A DNA stretch of 64,000 nucleotides from an uncultured virus (IMG/VR IMGVR_UViG_3300017642_000089) (Duplodnaviria; Heunggongvirae; Uroviricota; Caudoviricetes), in IMG/VR virus record IMGVR_UViG_3300017642_000089, one strand, 5' to 3'. Positions 21,046 to 30,788 of the stretch are shown here, in pieces; positions within the stretch are counted from its first letter, which is position 1, and each line of letters opens with the position of its first letter. The position numbers and the translations under genes are program-made. Below the pieces are notes generated by a model. The model had not been told where the DNA came from. It did no database searches and saw nothing but the letters and a program-made list of their open reading frames with translations.

Positions 21046-23148
21046 CTAGTTACTCCCTTCGATCAATTGTAACGCCATCTTCGGCATTGAATTGGCTTGA
21101 GACAGCATAGCGACGGATGCTTGTGTAAGTATCTGTTCTCGAACAAACGTTGTCATTTCTTGCGCAATATCCGTGTCTGAAATTTGCGATTCGGCGGCCT
21201 GGAGGTTTTCTGCTTGGATTTGTAAATTTGATATCGTATTCTCGAGCCGATTTTGTGTCGCTCCGAGATTTGCCCTGATTTTGTCTTTTTTAACGATGGC
21301 AGATGAAATTTGATCTAACTGGTCTTGGGCTCTCGTTTGCGTTCTGATATCTAAGAATGAATTAAATACTCTCATAGAAATACCATAACCAGAGGAGTCG
21401 CCAGAAGAATTGTCATTATTATAAGCTATCGCAAAATTACCATTATTCAAAACAGTTATAGATGGGTTTGATTGATCGCCATTAGTCTCTGTATTTACCA
21501 TGAACTCCTTCCCTAAGAATTTCCCTGAATAGTCTATTACTTGAGCGGCCGTTGTCCAACCAGACCGTCCATCAAATCCTCCAGAATTATATGCCACTAC
21601 AAAAGCACCATTGCCAAGGTCAGCAATCACTGGCATATGTTGATCATTGTTCGAAAAAGTATTAACTTTAAATTCATCTTTATACACAGAGCCGTCTTGG
21701 TTGTAAATTTTGGCATAAACACCCCATGAACTTGAATCTTCCTGTTTGTATGATGACCAAGCTGCTACATACTTTCCATCTGATAATGATTGAACGGTTG
21801 ACCAATTTTGTGTATCTGCCGTATAAGTGTTTACTAAAAAATTATTACCGATCTTGTTTCCATTTTCATCAAATTCCTGTCCATATATTCCATAGTCACT
21901 TGGGTCAAGACCACCCCCGCCACTTGAAAAAGTCACTAATATGTGGCCATTTGTTAGTTTTGTAGCTGATGGTATGATGTTTGATGCGTTAGCATAGTCA
22001 CTAACGACTATTTCGTTGGTAGATGCTGTTCCATCATTGTTGAACAATCTAAGAATAATGTTTGAGCCACTCCCTCCTTGTTGATCAGATGACCAAACAG
22101 CCGCAAATTTATTGTTATCCAATGACATCAATGGATTACCGTCATTTGAAATTGATGTCTGCTGATCATGCAAAGTGGTACTATTTAATTTGAACTCTGA
22201 GCCAATTTTAGATCCATTCTGATCAATGATCTGTCCGTATACGCCTAAACCGGAACCATCTTGGCCTTGCGAAGCCCAGGTCACTAAAGCATTGCCATTC
22301 TCTAAAGTTGTCGTTTTTGGTTCTGTTTGATCGCTTAAGTTGTATGTATTTACTTGGAATTCTCCACCAATTTTTTTCCCGTTTGAGTCTAATACTTGTC
22401 CGTAGACTGACCATCCAGATTTGTTTTGATTTTCTGATTGCCATGTTGCTAGCACATTACCATTAGGCAACGAAGTTATTGATGCATATTGTTGGTTTCC
22501 GCTTGTATATGAATTAACTTGAGTGCTTTCGGAATTCCCTTCATATAAATTAATAGCATTCGCCGTGACGTCCCCGACTAAGTTTGCATTACTAAAAAGT
22601 GATGTAAGCTTTGTGCTATCAATAGATACGTAATAATAATCTTCTGCTGAATCATTTCCTGTTCCAAAATGAATTTTCGCTTTTCCTGTCGAATTTATTC
22701 CAGAACCATTAAACGACCCACTTAAATTTCCATTTAATAGATATATGCCATTAAAATCAGTTGCGTTCGATATTCTCTCAATTTCTAAAGCCATTGACTG
22801 ATATTCTGAATTTATTATTGACCTCTGATCATCCGTATATGTCCCTGTCGCTGCCTGCTCGGCCAATTCCTTCATCCGAATCAATTTTTCATCGACGACT
22901 TGCAACGCACCGTCAGCAGTTTGAATCATCGAGATGGCATCATTCGCGTTTCTGATTCCCTGGTTCATGGTGGCGATATCGGAGCGCATCAACTCCCGGA
23001 CTGCGAGGCCGGCAGCATCGTCGGCGGAGGAATTGATCCGCAAGCCGGACGACAACCGCTGCGTCGAGGTGCTCATCGCCCCGTAGTGGTTCGACAAGTT
23101 TCTGGCGGTGTTCAGCGCCATCAGGTTGTGGTTGATGACCAATGCCAT
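21046..23148 (-). CDS. fliC: Flagellin with a large seven-repeat insertion in the variable region
   Basis: MALVINHN..RLSSGLRINSSADDAAGL N-terminus; RANLGATQNRLE..AAESQISDTD..MLSQAN C-terminus; AAGGAG RBS. Confidence 0.93.
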   Translation of the reverse strand: MALVINHNLMALNTARNLSNHYGAMSTSTQRLSSGLRINSSADDAAGLAVRELMRSDIATMNQGIRNANDAISMIQTADGALQVVDEKLIRMKELAEQAATGTYTDDQRSIINSEYQSMALEIERISNATDFNGIYLLNGNLSGSFNGSGINSTGKAKIHFGTGNDSAEDYYYVSIDSTKLTSLFSNANLVGDVTANAINLYEGNSESTQVNSYTSGNQQYASITSLPNGNVLATWQSENQNKSGWSVYGQVLDSNGKKIGGEFQVNTYNLSDQTEPKTTTLENGNALVTWASQGQDGSGLGVYGQIIDQNGSKIGSEFKLNSTTLHDQQTSISNDGNPLMSLDNNKFAAVWSSDQQGGSGSNIILRLFNNDGTASTNEIVVSDYANASNIIPSATKLTNGHILVTFSSGGGGLDPSDYGIYGQEFDENGNKIGNNFLVNTYTADTQNWSTVQSLSDGKYVAAWSSYKQEDSSSWGVYAKIYNQDGSVYKDEFKVNTFSNNDQHMPVIADLGNGAFVVAYNSGGFDGRSGWTTAAQVIDYSGKFLGKEFMVNTETNGDQSNPSITVLNNGNFAIAYNNDNSSGDSSGYGISMRVFNSFLDIRTQTRAQDQLDQISSAIVKKDKIRANLGATQNRLENTISNLQIQAENLQAAESQISDTDIAQEMTTFVREQILTQASVAMLSQANSMPKMALQLIEGSN

Positions 23149-23290
23149 GGCACGGCATCTCCTTCCCTGTCTCGTATCCGGTTTCCCGTGATTTCCCGGA
23201 ATTCTTTGCCGGCGGCCCGGCTCCTGACCCGCCAGAAACCCAGTCATCAGGGGATAATTTACCAAAACATAAAGTTTACTTGTTAATATC

Positions 23291-23308
23291 TAGCAAATTG
23301 CATACCTA
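23291..23308 (-). promoter_or_regulatory. Sigma54 (-24/-12) promoter candidate for the flagellin gene
   Basis: Minus strand taGGtatgcaatttGCta = GG-N10-GC, ~145 bp upstream of the ATG. Confidence 0.6.
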
Positions 23309-23363
23309 GTTTGCTTATAGAGGAAGTCCGCTTTCCCTAGACTGTCCGAAAAGGACGGTCGTC

Positions 23364-23690
23364 ATGGGCGAGATTCTTAAGATTTTTGGAAAACGTCTCC
23401 GGTCGCTGCGCCGGGCCAAGGACATGACCCAGGAGCAGGTTGCCGAACGCGCAGGGCTGTCCCTCCAAAGCGTCGGCGAGATCGAACGGGGCAGGGGGAA
23501 TCCGACCTTGGTGAACGTCGAACGTCTTTCTGATGCTCTCGACGTCGAACTGACGGAGCTTTTCGACCTCGGTGACGTCAAGATGACGAGGGAACAGGCG
23601 GTGCAGGAGATATTGGCCCGGCTGGAAGGTGCGACCGAAGAGCAGGTCCGAGCGCTCCTGATGATGGTCAGGGTTTTGGTCCAGAAATGA
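23364..23690 (+). CDS. XRE-family HTH regulator
   Basis: FGKRLRSLRRAKDMTQEQVAERAGLS..IERGRGNPTL. Confidence 0.9.
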   Translation: MGEILKIFGKRLRSLRRAKDMTQEQVAERAGLSLQSVGEIERGRGNPTLVNVERLSDALDVELTELFDLGDVKMTREQAVQEILARLEGATEEQVRALLMMVRVLVQK

Positions 23691-23763
23691 CGGAAATATG
23701 GCGCTGCCAGTTTAAGCACGAGGAATTTACCTCTAATCCCCGGAAACACAGAGTTAGAAGAAG

Positions 23764-23968
23764 GGTACCCTCGGCGCTGGGGCCAGGTCACGGGGGAGGC
23801 GGAGAAATTGGACACGCCGCCACGGAAAACGGACATTGGCCCGGAGCGGGGTTCTCCTGCGAGTTGGGATCAAGGGGGGAGCCAATGGGGGAGGCCCAGG
23901 GGAAAGGTCCAGGAGGGGCAGGAGGGCGCGAAATACAGGGGTGTCCGGGGCGGGAGTACAAACACCCC
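23764..23968 (+). repeat. Direct repeat family, copy B
   Basis: Aligns with 18492-18692 over its whole length. Confidence 0.9.
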
Positions 23969-24208
23969 CCGGGCTTGGAGACCACCCCGTTTTCAGGGTG
24001 GTAGCGCCATGACGGAAGCACATGGGAAACTGCCTTAGAAGAGGCCTAGAGCGTGAGTTTCACAAGGATGACCGCGGGCGATAGCGCAGAGCAACGGCCG
24101 GAGCCGGTGCCGCAGGCGGCGGCTTGCTGACGACGATTCCAGGAAGGGAAAGGACCGCCTCTCCCTCCCTGGTGTTGAACCTGCTAAACGGTTCGGCCGG
24201 TTGGGCGC

Positions 24209-25516
24209 TTAACGCAACCGCGCCGGGAAGCCGACCTCTTTGATCTCCTGGGCCATATACGCGTCCAAGGTGGCCGCATCCCGTTTGCCTACGAACCACT
24301 GATGCCAATACCACGTCCGTTCCAAGGTGAGGATGATGGTTTCTCTCATGTACGGAGAAAAGGCTTTCGGATAACGCTTCTCTATATCACAAAAGATACG
24401 CCTAAGCCGACCATTCAGGTTCGTCGGACTCGTCGCCTTCGCAAGTTCACCGGTGAGGTCGTACTGATCGATGATCATTGCAAAGAACTTATCTAATTGC
24501 AGGTTGCTATATACATTTAATGGACTCAAAGACGCGGAATTCTCAAGCCGTGTCTTGGCGCGTCGACGCTCTATTTCTGACATAATCATCTGCACATGAT
24601 TTTCATCAATAGTAACGCCACGCAATACATCTTCTGGGGCATCCAATAGTGAAGGATAAATCCTAAACTCTCCGCCGTTGAAACTAAATAAAGGCACGTC
24701 GGCATTCATCCTCACTGTATGCACAGGATTTATTGAATCATACGACATCTGAATTGTCGACACGCCAGAAATATAGCCACCAAAAAGCTTCTCGAGGAAA
24801 GATATGCAGAACCTGTCTGTCTTCGCATACACACCAAGATAGTGCATCCGAAAACTATCATCAACAACCAATTCTTGCAGCTTACGATTAAGGATGTAAA
24901 AGCTTATCCCCATAAATGGGACAAACTTTACTCTTGTTGCTTCTCTTATACCAACAAGTCCACCGATCGCATGGTTTTTAACAAATCTACACATTTCAAG
25001 CCGCTCATAAATGGCTTTCCATATAGCAAACTGCTCAGGAATTTTAAAGTGCCAAACATAATAAAATTTATCACGAAGAGACTCATTACATTCAAGGACA
25101 TGACGTGATTCAGATATAGATTTAATATTGGCCTCTAGCACATTTCCGACTGTATTGAATGACTCATACTTCATACTAAAAGGAATGTCCAAAGAAAAAA
25201 CATAATCATATTCTGTGATTTCACTTTCAAGATAAACATTGTAGCAATCAATCATCATTGGTAAATTTCCTGGCGAAATATCACCTTTTATGAAAGAATA
25301 GCCACCAGAATCTGTTACTATCTTTCCATTTACAGGCGTGATAAAGCGCTTGGAAAATTCTCTGATATCATATGTTATATTTTCAATGGTATGTAGTCCA
25401 AAGTCTTTCTGCCTGAGCCCGCCAATTAGCGAGTACAGGGCAAACTGCGTTTGCTGCGTTATCGCTCGATCCATTGCGTCATCGGAGCCACCGCCTGCTA
25501 CATAAACATATTGCAT
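24209..25516 (-). CDS. TGT/DpdA-fold (guanine transglycosylase-like) protein
   Basis: Ordered motifs DSGGYS, SLD, VWH, IGGL, HYLG, YDS; GAGGAGG RBS. Confidence 0.7.
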   Translation of the reverse strand: MQYVYVAGGGSDDAMDRAITQQTQFALYSLIGGLRQKDFGLHTIENITYDIREFSKRFITPVNGKIVTDSGGYSFIKGDISPGNLPMMIDCYNVYLESEITEYDYVFSLDIPFSMKYESFNTVGNVLEANIKSISESRHVLECNESLRDKFYYVWHFKIPEQFAIWKAIYERLEMCRFVKNHAIGGLVGIREATRVKFVPFMGISFYILNRKLQELVVDDSFRMHYLGVYAKTDRFCISFLEKLFGGYISGVSTIQMSYDSINPVHTVRMNADVPLFSFNGGEFRIYPSLLDAPEDVLRGVTIDENHVQMIMSEIERRRAKTRLENSASLSPLNVYSNLQLDKFFAMIIDQYDLTGELAKATSPTNLNGRLRRIFCDIEKRYPKAFSPYMRETIILTLERTWYWHQWFVGKRDAATLDAYMAQEIKEVGFPARLR

Positions 25517-25573
25517 ATTACCTCCTCATTGTGGGGAGGAGAGGCTGATCCTCCCCTCCCGGTTTTACATGCG

Positions 25574-26365
25574 TTAAACGCGTCCTTCGTACAGACATTC
25601 CCAAGTGGTGAGATTATTGATCAAGCTCGGCTTAGAGGAGGTCTTCAGCCAGTAGCCAGCAGCATTGCGGTAAATGCCGAGTGACAACTCCAGCCCCCCG
25701 GCCAACGCCAGGAAATTTTGGCTGGTCAAAACCAAGTCTGGACTGCGTCCCTTCAGACAAGGCGCAGAATTCTTGTGGAGGGTGTAGGGATGCTTGCCAC
25801 GCACCGAGATCTGTTCAAGCTGCCCCTCGTAGCAGCACAAGACGACAAACCCGGCTTTCGCAACATACGAACTGAGGGCAGAGCGGTCGTCAATCTTCAC
25901 TTCCTCGCCGAGCCGGTTATCGCCCGTCGGCAACTGAGCCGCTGAGTGGATGACACCGGGTGCCGGCTGGAAGAGACGCCCCTTAGTGTGCTCATCGCTA
26001 AAAACAAGTTCGCTGCCTTCACCGTAAACGGTGATCAGATCTGTCCCTGTAAAGGCAGGCAGTTGACGAAGGTCCCGCTCGGTCGCCTGGATGCTGAAGC
26101 TGACACCTTGAGTGTCAACAATATTGTCTGTAGCCGAAGGATTATTTTTGTCAGTTGGCGGCGTGAGAAGAATGCCCAGATCGATATCCGCCCAAAAAAA
26201 TTCATGGCCGAGTTGTTGGGTGATTCGTGAATTTTCAATGTGAATTGGCCGTGGTCCGTGGAGCTGGACCATTTGGCGGGCCAGCCGTACGAAGGCCTTG
26301 TACCGGGCCGGTTTAAGGATGCAGAGGGGTGGTTCCTGAGACGAGTTGTCGTTGACTGGTTCCAT
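25574..26365 (-). CDS. Hypothetical protein
   Basis: AGGAG RBS; lies between the primase and the TGT-like gene. Confidence 0.65.
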   Translation of the reverse strand: MEPVNDNSSQEPPLCILKPARYKAFVRLARQMVQLHGPRPIHIENSRITQQLGHEFFWADIDLGILLTPPTDKNNPSATDNIVDTQGVSFSIQATERDLRQLPAFTGTDLITVYGEGSELVFSDEHTKGRLFQPAPGVIHSAAQLPTGDNRLGEEVKIDDRSALSSYVAKAGFVVLCCYEGQLEQISVRGKHPYTLHKNSAPCLKGRSPDLVLTSQNFLALAGGLELSLGIYRNAAGYWLKTSSKPSLINNLTTWECLYEGRV

Positions 26366-26425
26366 ATTTTCTCCTGACGGTAGAGGAATTGGCGGAGGCC
26401 CCGGTTGGAGCCCCCGCACAGTTGA

Positions 26426-27886
26426 TTAGCTGGCTAAATTCAGCACTAAGCCCTTCCAAAAGCGGGTCGATCCTGCACGATCCTGCCGAACTCCCCGGGA
26501 GCGAAGAAGGTCGCCAAGCTGGTGCTTGCCAAGAGGCTTCAGGCCTGAATCCCGCGCCCACGCGCAGTAGTCGTCGAAAAGGTGCTTCACCGGCGTTTTC
26601 CCGGCGGGATCTTCGACTGTGCGTTCGGCGAGGTATGTCCCAATGTGGTCGTTGACCTGGAAGTACTCCTCAGTCGCCTTAAGGACGGCTTCGGGCGGGT
26701 TCAGACCCTGCTCCCGCCATTCCTTGAAGCCGCGCACCATCCAGTCGAAAACCCCTTCTTTTTCGGCCATGATTTGGCGTTCGATCTCTTCTTTGCGTTT
26801 TTTTCCGTCAAAGCTGCCATTAAATGGCACGACCTGGAGGCGGCGTCGTATAGCGCGGTCACTTCCGACAAGGCCAGGAAGGTGGTTCACCGCCATAATT
26901 ATCGTCGCTTGTGGCTTGAACTGCACCGGATTTTCACCGATAGCGCGTCCAGATGTTTCATCTCCTCCAGTAAGCGTCTTCACCACTGCTTCATTCAACG
27001 TGCTTCCCCGGTTGACCTCAATAGCCAAGGCCACACGCTTGCCTTCCAGCTGGCGATGTTCATAGGGGAGGCCGTAGGTACTTGAATTCAAGATAGAATC
27101 TGGACTTAACGTGTGCGAGTATTCTCCAGAACCCAAGATATCGCGAATGGTGCCGAGATAAATGCTCTTTCCATTCGCGCCTGCCCCGTAGAGGATCGGC
27201 AGGACCTCTTCCTGAGTGGAGCCACTCAGGCAGTAGCCGCACAGGCGTTGGAGATACGCGGCCAATTCCTTGTCACCAACGGTTATATCTTCAATAAAAT
27301 CTTTCCAGAATGCACACGGCGCATCCGGAACCCACGAAACAGGTGCCAGCTTTGTCACCAATTGCGACGGATCGTGCTGCGTCAAAGTCTTGGATTCGAG
27401 ATTGAACAGCCCATTAAGGAGGTTGATCTCGTACGGATTCGCGTCGAACTCTTTTGATACCGCATGAATACGGGAATCGAGGCGTGCCAGCTTCAGGGTC
27501 TGCTGGACCATGCCAAGCGTGCGAACCTGCGCCTGAAACTGAAGCAGAGCCTTCAGTTCGACCTGAACCCCATACTCGTTCACGTGCAGCATCCCCGGCA
27601 CATATTCGAGATGGATATTCTTCAGGACATCAAGGGCGAGCCCTTCGGCAAGATGTGGGAAGTTGCCGTAGCGTCGGCCGTCATGCACCCAAAGCTTTTG
27701 CCGGTCAGTCAAAAACCGCATCTTCTGATAATGCTCGTCCAGGACACGGTCTCGAGCTCCAACTGGGTCAAGGTTTTTTAATTTAATTTTGCATGGTCTT
27801 GTATTTTCCTTTTCGCCAATATTAAGGCTATCATCTGCAATTTTCGATTTTTCATCAGGAGCAGCAGCGTTTTCTTTTTTACTCAT
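26426..27886 (-). CDS. P4-family/D5-like primase-helicase (D5_N + SF3 helicase)
   Basis: NLLNG, LYGAGANGKS, VKTLTGGD, FKPQ, NHLP, AIRRRLQVVPF. Confidence 0.9.
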   Translation of the reverse strand: MSKKENAAAPDEKSKIADDSLNIGEKENTRPCKIKLKNLDPVGARDRVLDEHYQKMRFLTDRQKLWVHDGRRYGNFPHLAEGLALDVLKNIHLEYVPGMLHVNEYGVQVELKALLQFQAQVRTLGMVQQTLKLARLDSRIHAVSKEFDANPYEINLLNGLFNLESKTLTQHDPSQLVTKLAPVSWVPDAPCAFWKDFIEDITVGDKELAAYLQRLCGYCLSGSTQEEVLPILYGAGANGKSIYLGTIRDILGSGEYSHTLSPDSILNSSTYGLPYEHRQLEGKRVALAIEVNRGSTLNEAVVKTLTGGDETSGRAIGENPVQFKPQATIIMAVNHLPGLVGSDRAIRRRLQVVPFNGSFDGKKRKEEIERQIMAEKEGVFDWMVRGFKEWREQGLNPPEAVLKATEEYFQVNDHIGTYLAERTVEDPAGKTPVKHLFDDYCAWARDSGLKPLGKHQLGDLLRSRGVRQDRAGSTRFWKGLVLNLAS

Positions 27887-27916
27887 AATGCCCTCACACG
27901 GTTTTGGTTTGGGAAT

Positions 27917-27944
27917 AAAAAAAGGCCACCCCTGAAGGTGGCCT
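27917..27944 (-). terminator. Intrinsic terminator/attenuator upstream of the primase
   Basis: AGGCCACC/GGTGGCCT stem with T-tract on the minus strand. Confidence 0.6.
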
Positions 27945-27968
27945 GCCATTTTCAAAATTGTATTAGTA

Positions 27969-28319
27969 TCAGTGTTTGTCGTACCGTGGCTGCATCAGCC
28001 TCACCTTCGGCACGCGGCGTGGATCTGGTTTGCCGGCCCGGTCGTAGCCGGAAACGCTGATGGACAGATCGTTTCCGACATGCGCGGCGAGCTGGCGTAC
28101 TGCTGGGTTGGCATGGCCCTTGGCGAGTTCCTCGAGCTTGCGCTGGAAAGTCGCCAGCCGCATAGCAGTGAACGGCGCTTCGGCCAGAAAAGGAAGTCCA
28201 GCGTCCCAATAGGCCTGAAGCACCTGGGTCGGAATAAGCCGCCCTTGCTCCCAACTCGTCCTTTGCGATTCCGTGATTCCCAACGTTCGATCACGAAAAA
28301 GATCATTAAAAAGTCGCAT
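27969..28319 (-). CDS. Hypothetical protein
   Basis: AAGGAG RBS; first gene of the primase module. Confidence 0.6.
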   Translation of the reverse strand: MRLFNDLFRDRTLGITESQRTSWEQGRLIPTQVLQAYWDAGLPFLAEAPFTAMRLATFQRKLEELAKGHANPAVRQLAAHVGNDLSISVSGYDRAGKPDPRRVPKVRLMQPRYDKH

Positions 28320-28839
28320 CTCTGCTGCTCCTTTTTCCCCGTTGGTCCGAAGGTTTCCAGGGTGATTGTATGGACCACGCCGGCGAGCGGCATGGTGATG
28401 TTTTTTGATCGCGCTGCTTGGGGGCGTACCTCCTTCGTTGGGTGTCGGGATGGCGCGATAACCGCGCTGCCCACGACTTCTTGATACGGGGACAAGGCCT
28501 CGATGGGTAATTTGTTTGTTTGATTTTTTTTAGAAATTATAATTTTATTATCGCACAAATATTTTTTGAGCCTTATCGCCCCAAGGACATGGACGAACCA
28601 GGACAACGGCCCTACAAAACGAACGAGATTCGGTTTCCGATCAGCCGGCCGTGCCCCGGGTTCATCTGATAGACCAAGAAGTCAGGGGTGCCCGGGAACT
28701 CTGGGACTAGAGGTAGACGATTGGCGGGCATTGCCGTGGAATTTGGAGGTAACACTTTGCCGCTAATTGTCCGCAGCAAATATTTCTTGTAATATGGTCA
28801 GAGCATGCCAGAAAGTTAAATTAATTTGTGATCATTTTT

Positions 28840-29910
28840 ATGAGCCAGAAAAATAAATACCTACTTCGGAATATAGTTGCAGATCTCCTGGCTGCTTATG
28901 AGGATTTTTCTACACATGAATTGTCTACACATGATTATGATAGTTTTATTTTAAATCTAGAAAAGTCATTTAAATCATATTTTTCTAATGTAGCTTTTAA
29001 GAAATATCAGACATATCCTAAAGACGATCAGCTAAATAGATCTTATCATATAGCTAGTTTTTCAATTTATGACGACGACAGTTCGGAAACGCAATCACTA
29101 TCGAAAAATTTTACAATTACTTATATTAATTTAAAAAGCGCTTTGTCCTTGATCGCTAGTTTAAAAAAATGCATAGCGAATGGATACTGCAATCTTATTT
29201 TCGTTTCAGAAAGAAATATTTTTAAAAGAACTACTTTCGCCATCAACAATAAGGAAACACCAGAAACCGACGCAACTTCCATGACCTTTAAAATAACTCC
29301 GCACCTTAGCGCGCAATCCGAAATTGTTGACTCTTTTTATATTGATTTAATGACATCCGGAGCTGTTGATGCTTTTGAGGATTACTCTATAGCCACTGAC
29401 TTTTCCTCAGATTCTTGGGAATTTTTTACTGATTTTGTTCGATCTGCGCTGATAAATTACCATATCGCTTACGATGACTTCAGTTTAATCCATATCTGCA
29501 AAGCCTGTGGAAAAATTTTTCTTCCTCAAAAATCAGGTGAGCAACGCGGTATTTTTTGTTCTATAGAATGCAAGAACTTGTTATACAAAACAAACAACAA
29601 AGTCCTAACAAACTGCATTCAAAATCAAAAAAACAGAATCAATACCATGGCCACATCATGCAGTAGCAAGGAATCAGATGGTTTAATTTCAAAGATAACC
29701 CTACCCTCAATCGAAGACTGCAGGAATTGCCCTTCGATTAGATCTTTAGAACAAGAACGTAGTGTAAAAGCAGGGAATTGTCCTGTTTTGCTGAATGATA
29801 AATGTTTTACTCTACTAACTGAGGCATATTTAAAATACAAAGAGTTAAAAAAGCTTAAGAAAAAGAAACACAAAAATGGAGATGATGAAGAATATCAATT
29901 GTTGCTCTAG
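28840..29910 (+). CDS. Low-GC hypothetical protein with CGNR-like zinc finger
   Basis: CKACGKIF..FCSIECK plus a further CxxC; basic C-terminus. Confidence 0.7.
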   Translation: MSQKNKYLLRNIVADLLAAYEDFSTHELSTHDYDSFILNLEKSFKSYFSNVAFKKYQTYPKDDQLNRSYHIASFSIYDDDSSETQSLSKNFTITYINLKSALSLIASLKKCIANGYCNLIFVSERNIFKRTTFAINNKETPETDATSMTFKITPHLSAQSEIVDSFYIDLMTSGAVDAFEDYSIATDFSSDSWEFFTDFVRSALINYHIAYDDFSLIHICKACGKIFLPQKSGEQRGIFCSIECKNLLYKTNNKVLTNCIQNQKNRINTMATSCSSKESDGLISKITLPSIEDCRNCPSIRSLEQERSVKAGNCPVLLNDKCFTLLTEAYLKYKELKKLKKKKHKNGDDEEYQLLL

Positions 29911-29929
29911 AAAATGAACCCACCCAAGA

Positions 29930-30062
29930 ACACGTACTTTCCTCAATTGCTCCCCACCCATCCCTGGGCTGGGGGCTGACTGTCCCGGGCATCCTCGGTG
30001 AGTGGGATGGGAACCCCCAGGAAGGGGGCTACCGAGCGAATCCAGGGGGTGTCCGGGCTGGC
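29930..30062 (+). repeat. Direct repeat family, copy C (5' part degenerate)
   Basis: CCCCAGGAAGGGGGCTACCGAGCGAATCCAGGGGGTGTCCGGGC. Confidence 0.75.
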
Positions 30063-30229
30063 GGACGGGGGGAGGCCCAGAGAGACCAACGGAACCGGGT
30101 AGAAATCGATCCCCTGTAACTCAATAGGCCTATGGCTGCGGCATTTCCTTGATCAAGCTCGGACTTTGACGGCGGCGGCGAGAAACGGAGCGGTGGTTTT
30201 CACTTGGGATTTCGTAGCGCCCATACTTG

Positions 30230-30596
30230 AAATGTCACCTTTGTCACCTGTGAAAAATCCATTTTAATTCATCATGTTGTCTGACAATGGTCGGCGTACG
30301 GGGTGACATTTGGTCCGCTGGATCGACACGGGCCAGGATCAGGACAGACCAATCAGCCCCGGTAAAAATCCAACCCATTTTGGCTCCATAGGCCAATTCC
30401 TGCATCTTTTCCTGCATCAGGGTTCGTCTTTGATGCCGGCGGTAGTACCGGGGCAGCGGTTTACATCTTGGTTGCTGCCCTCAAGCACCACACCTGGGGA
30501 AAAGGGCCAGCAGCAAATGTCACAAATGTCACTGTGAAATTTATTCCAAGATTACCAATGGATAGATCGATATTTGGAGCGGAGGCAGTGACATTT
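30230..30596. repeat. Two 82-bp iteron-like blocks (30230-30311, 30515-30596)
   Basis: Each reads AAATGTCAC..TGTCAC..TGTGAAA-AT rich-GTGACATTT. Confidence 0.7.
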
Positions 30597-30610
30597 TATC
30601 ACCATCCCAG

Positions 30611-30740
30611 AAATCTGACATTGCCCCTAGGGGGGCCACCCTGGAGCGGGACCAGGCCCGGGGAACCAATCCTCCAGGCCCAGAGGAACGGCCCAGGAAA
30701 GCCCCCTACCGCGCGAATCCAGGGGGTGTCCGGGCCGGCG
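30611..30740 (+). repeat. Direct repeat family, copy D
   Basis: AAATCTGACATTGCCC...CCAAT...CCCAGGA...CGCGAATCCAGGGGGTGTCCGGGCC. Confidence 0.85.
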
Positions 30741-30788
30741 GCTGGGGGAGAGGACCGGGACAGTCTCAAAATGATTTATCCAGGCTAA

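Noticed and set aside
21361..22530. Flagellin repeats as a DGR target or shufflon
   Set aside because: Repeats are diverged at DNA level; no reverse transcriptase, template repeat or invertase in the window
18406..24038. Similar short ORFs over repeat copies A and B (e.g. 18443-18793, 23687-24004)
   Set aside because: They are translations of the GC-rich repeat; indels change frame between copies and starts are not conserved
28001..28606. 201-aa minus-strand ORF
   Set aside because: Overlaps the 27969-28319 ORF, which has a clear RBS; composition is not protein-like
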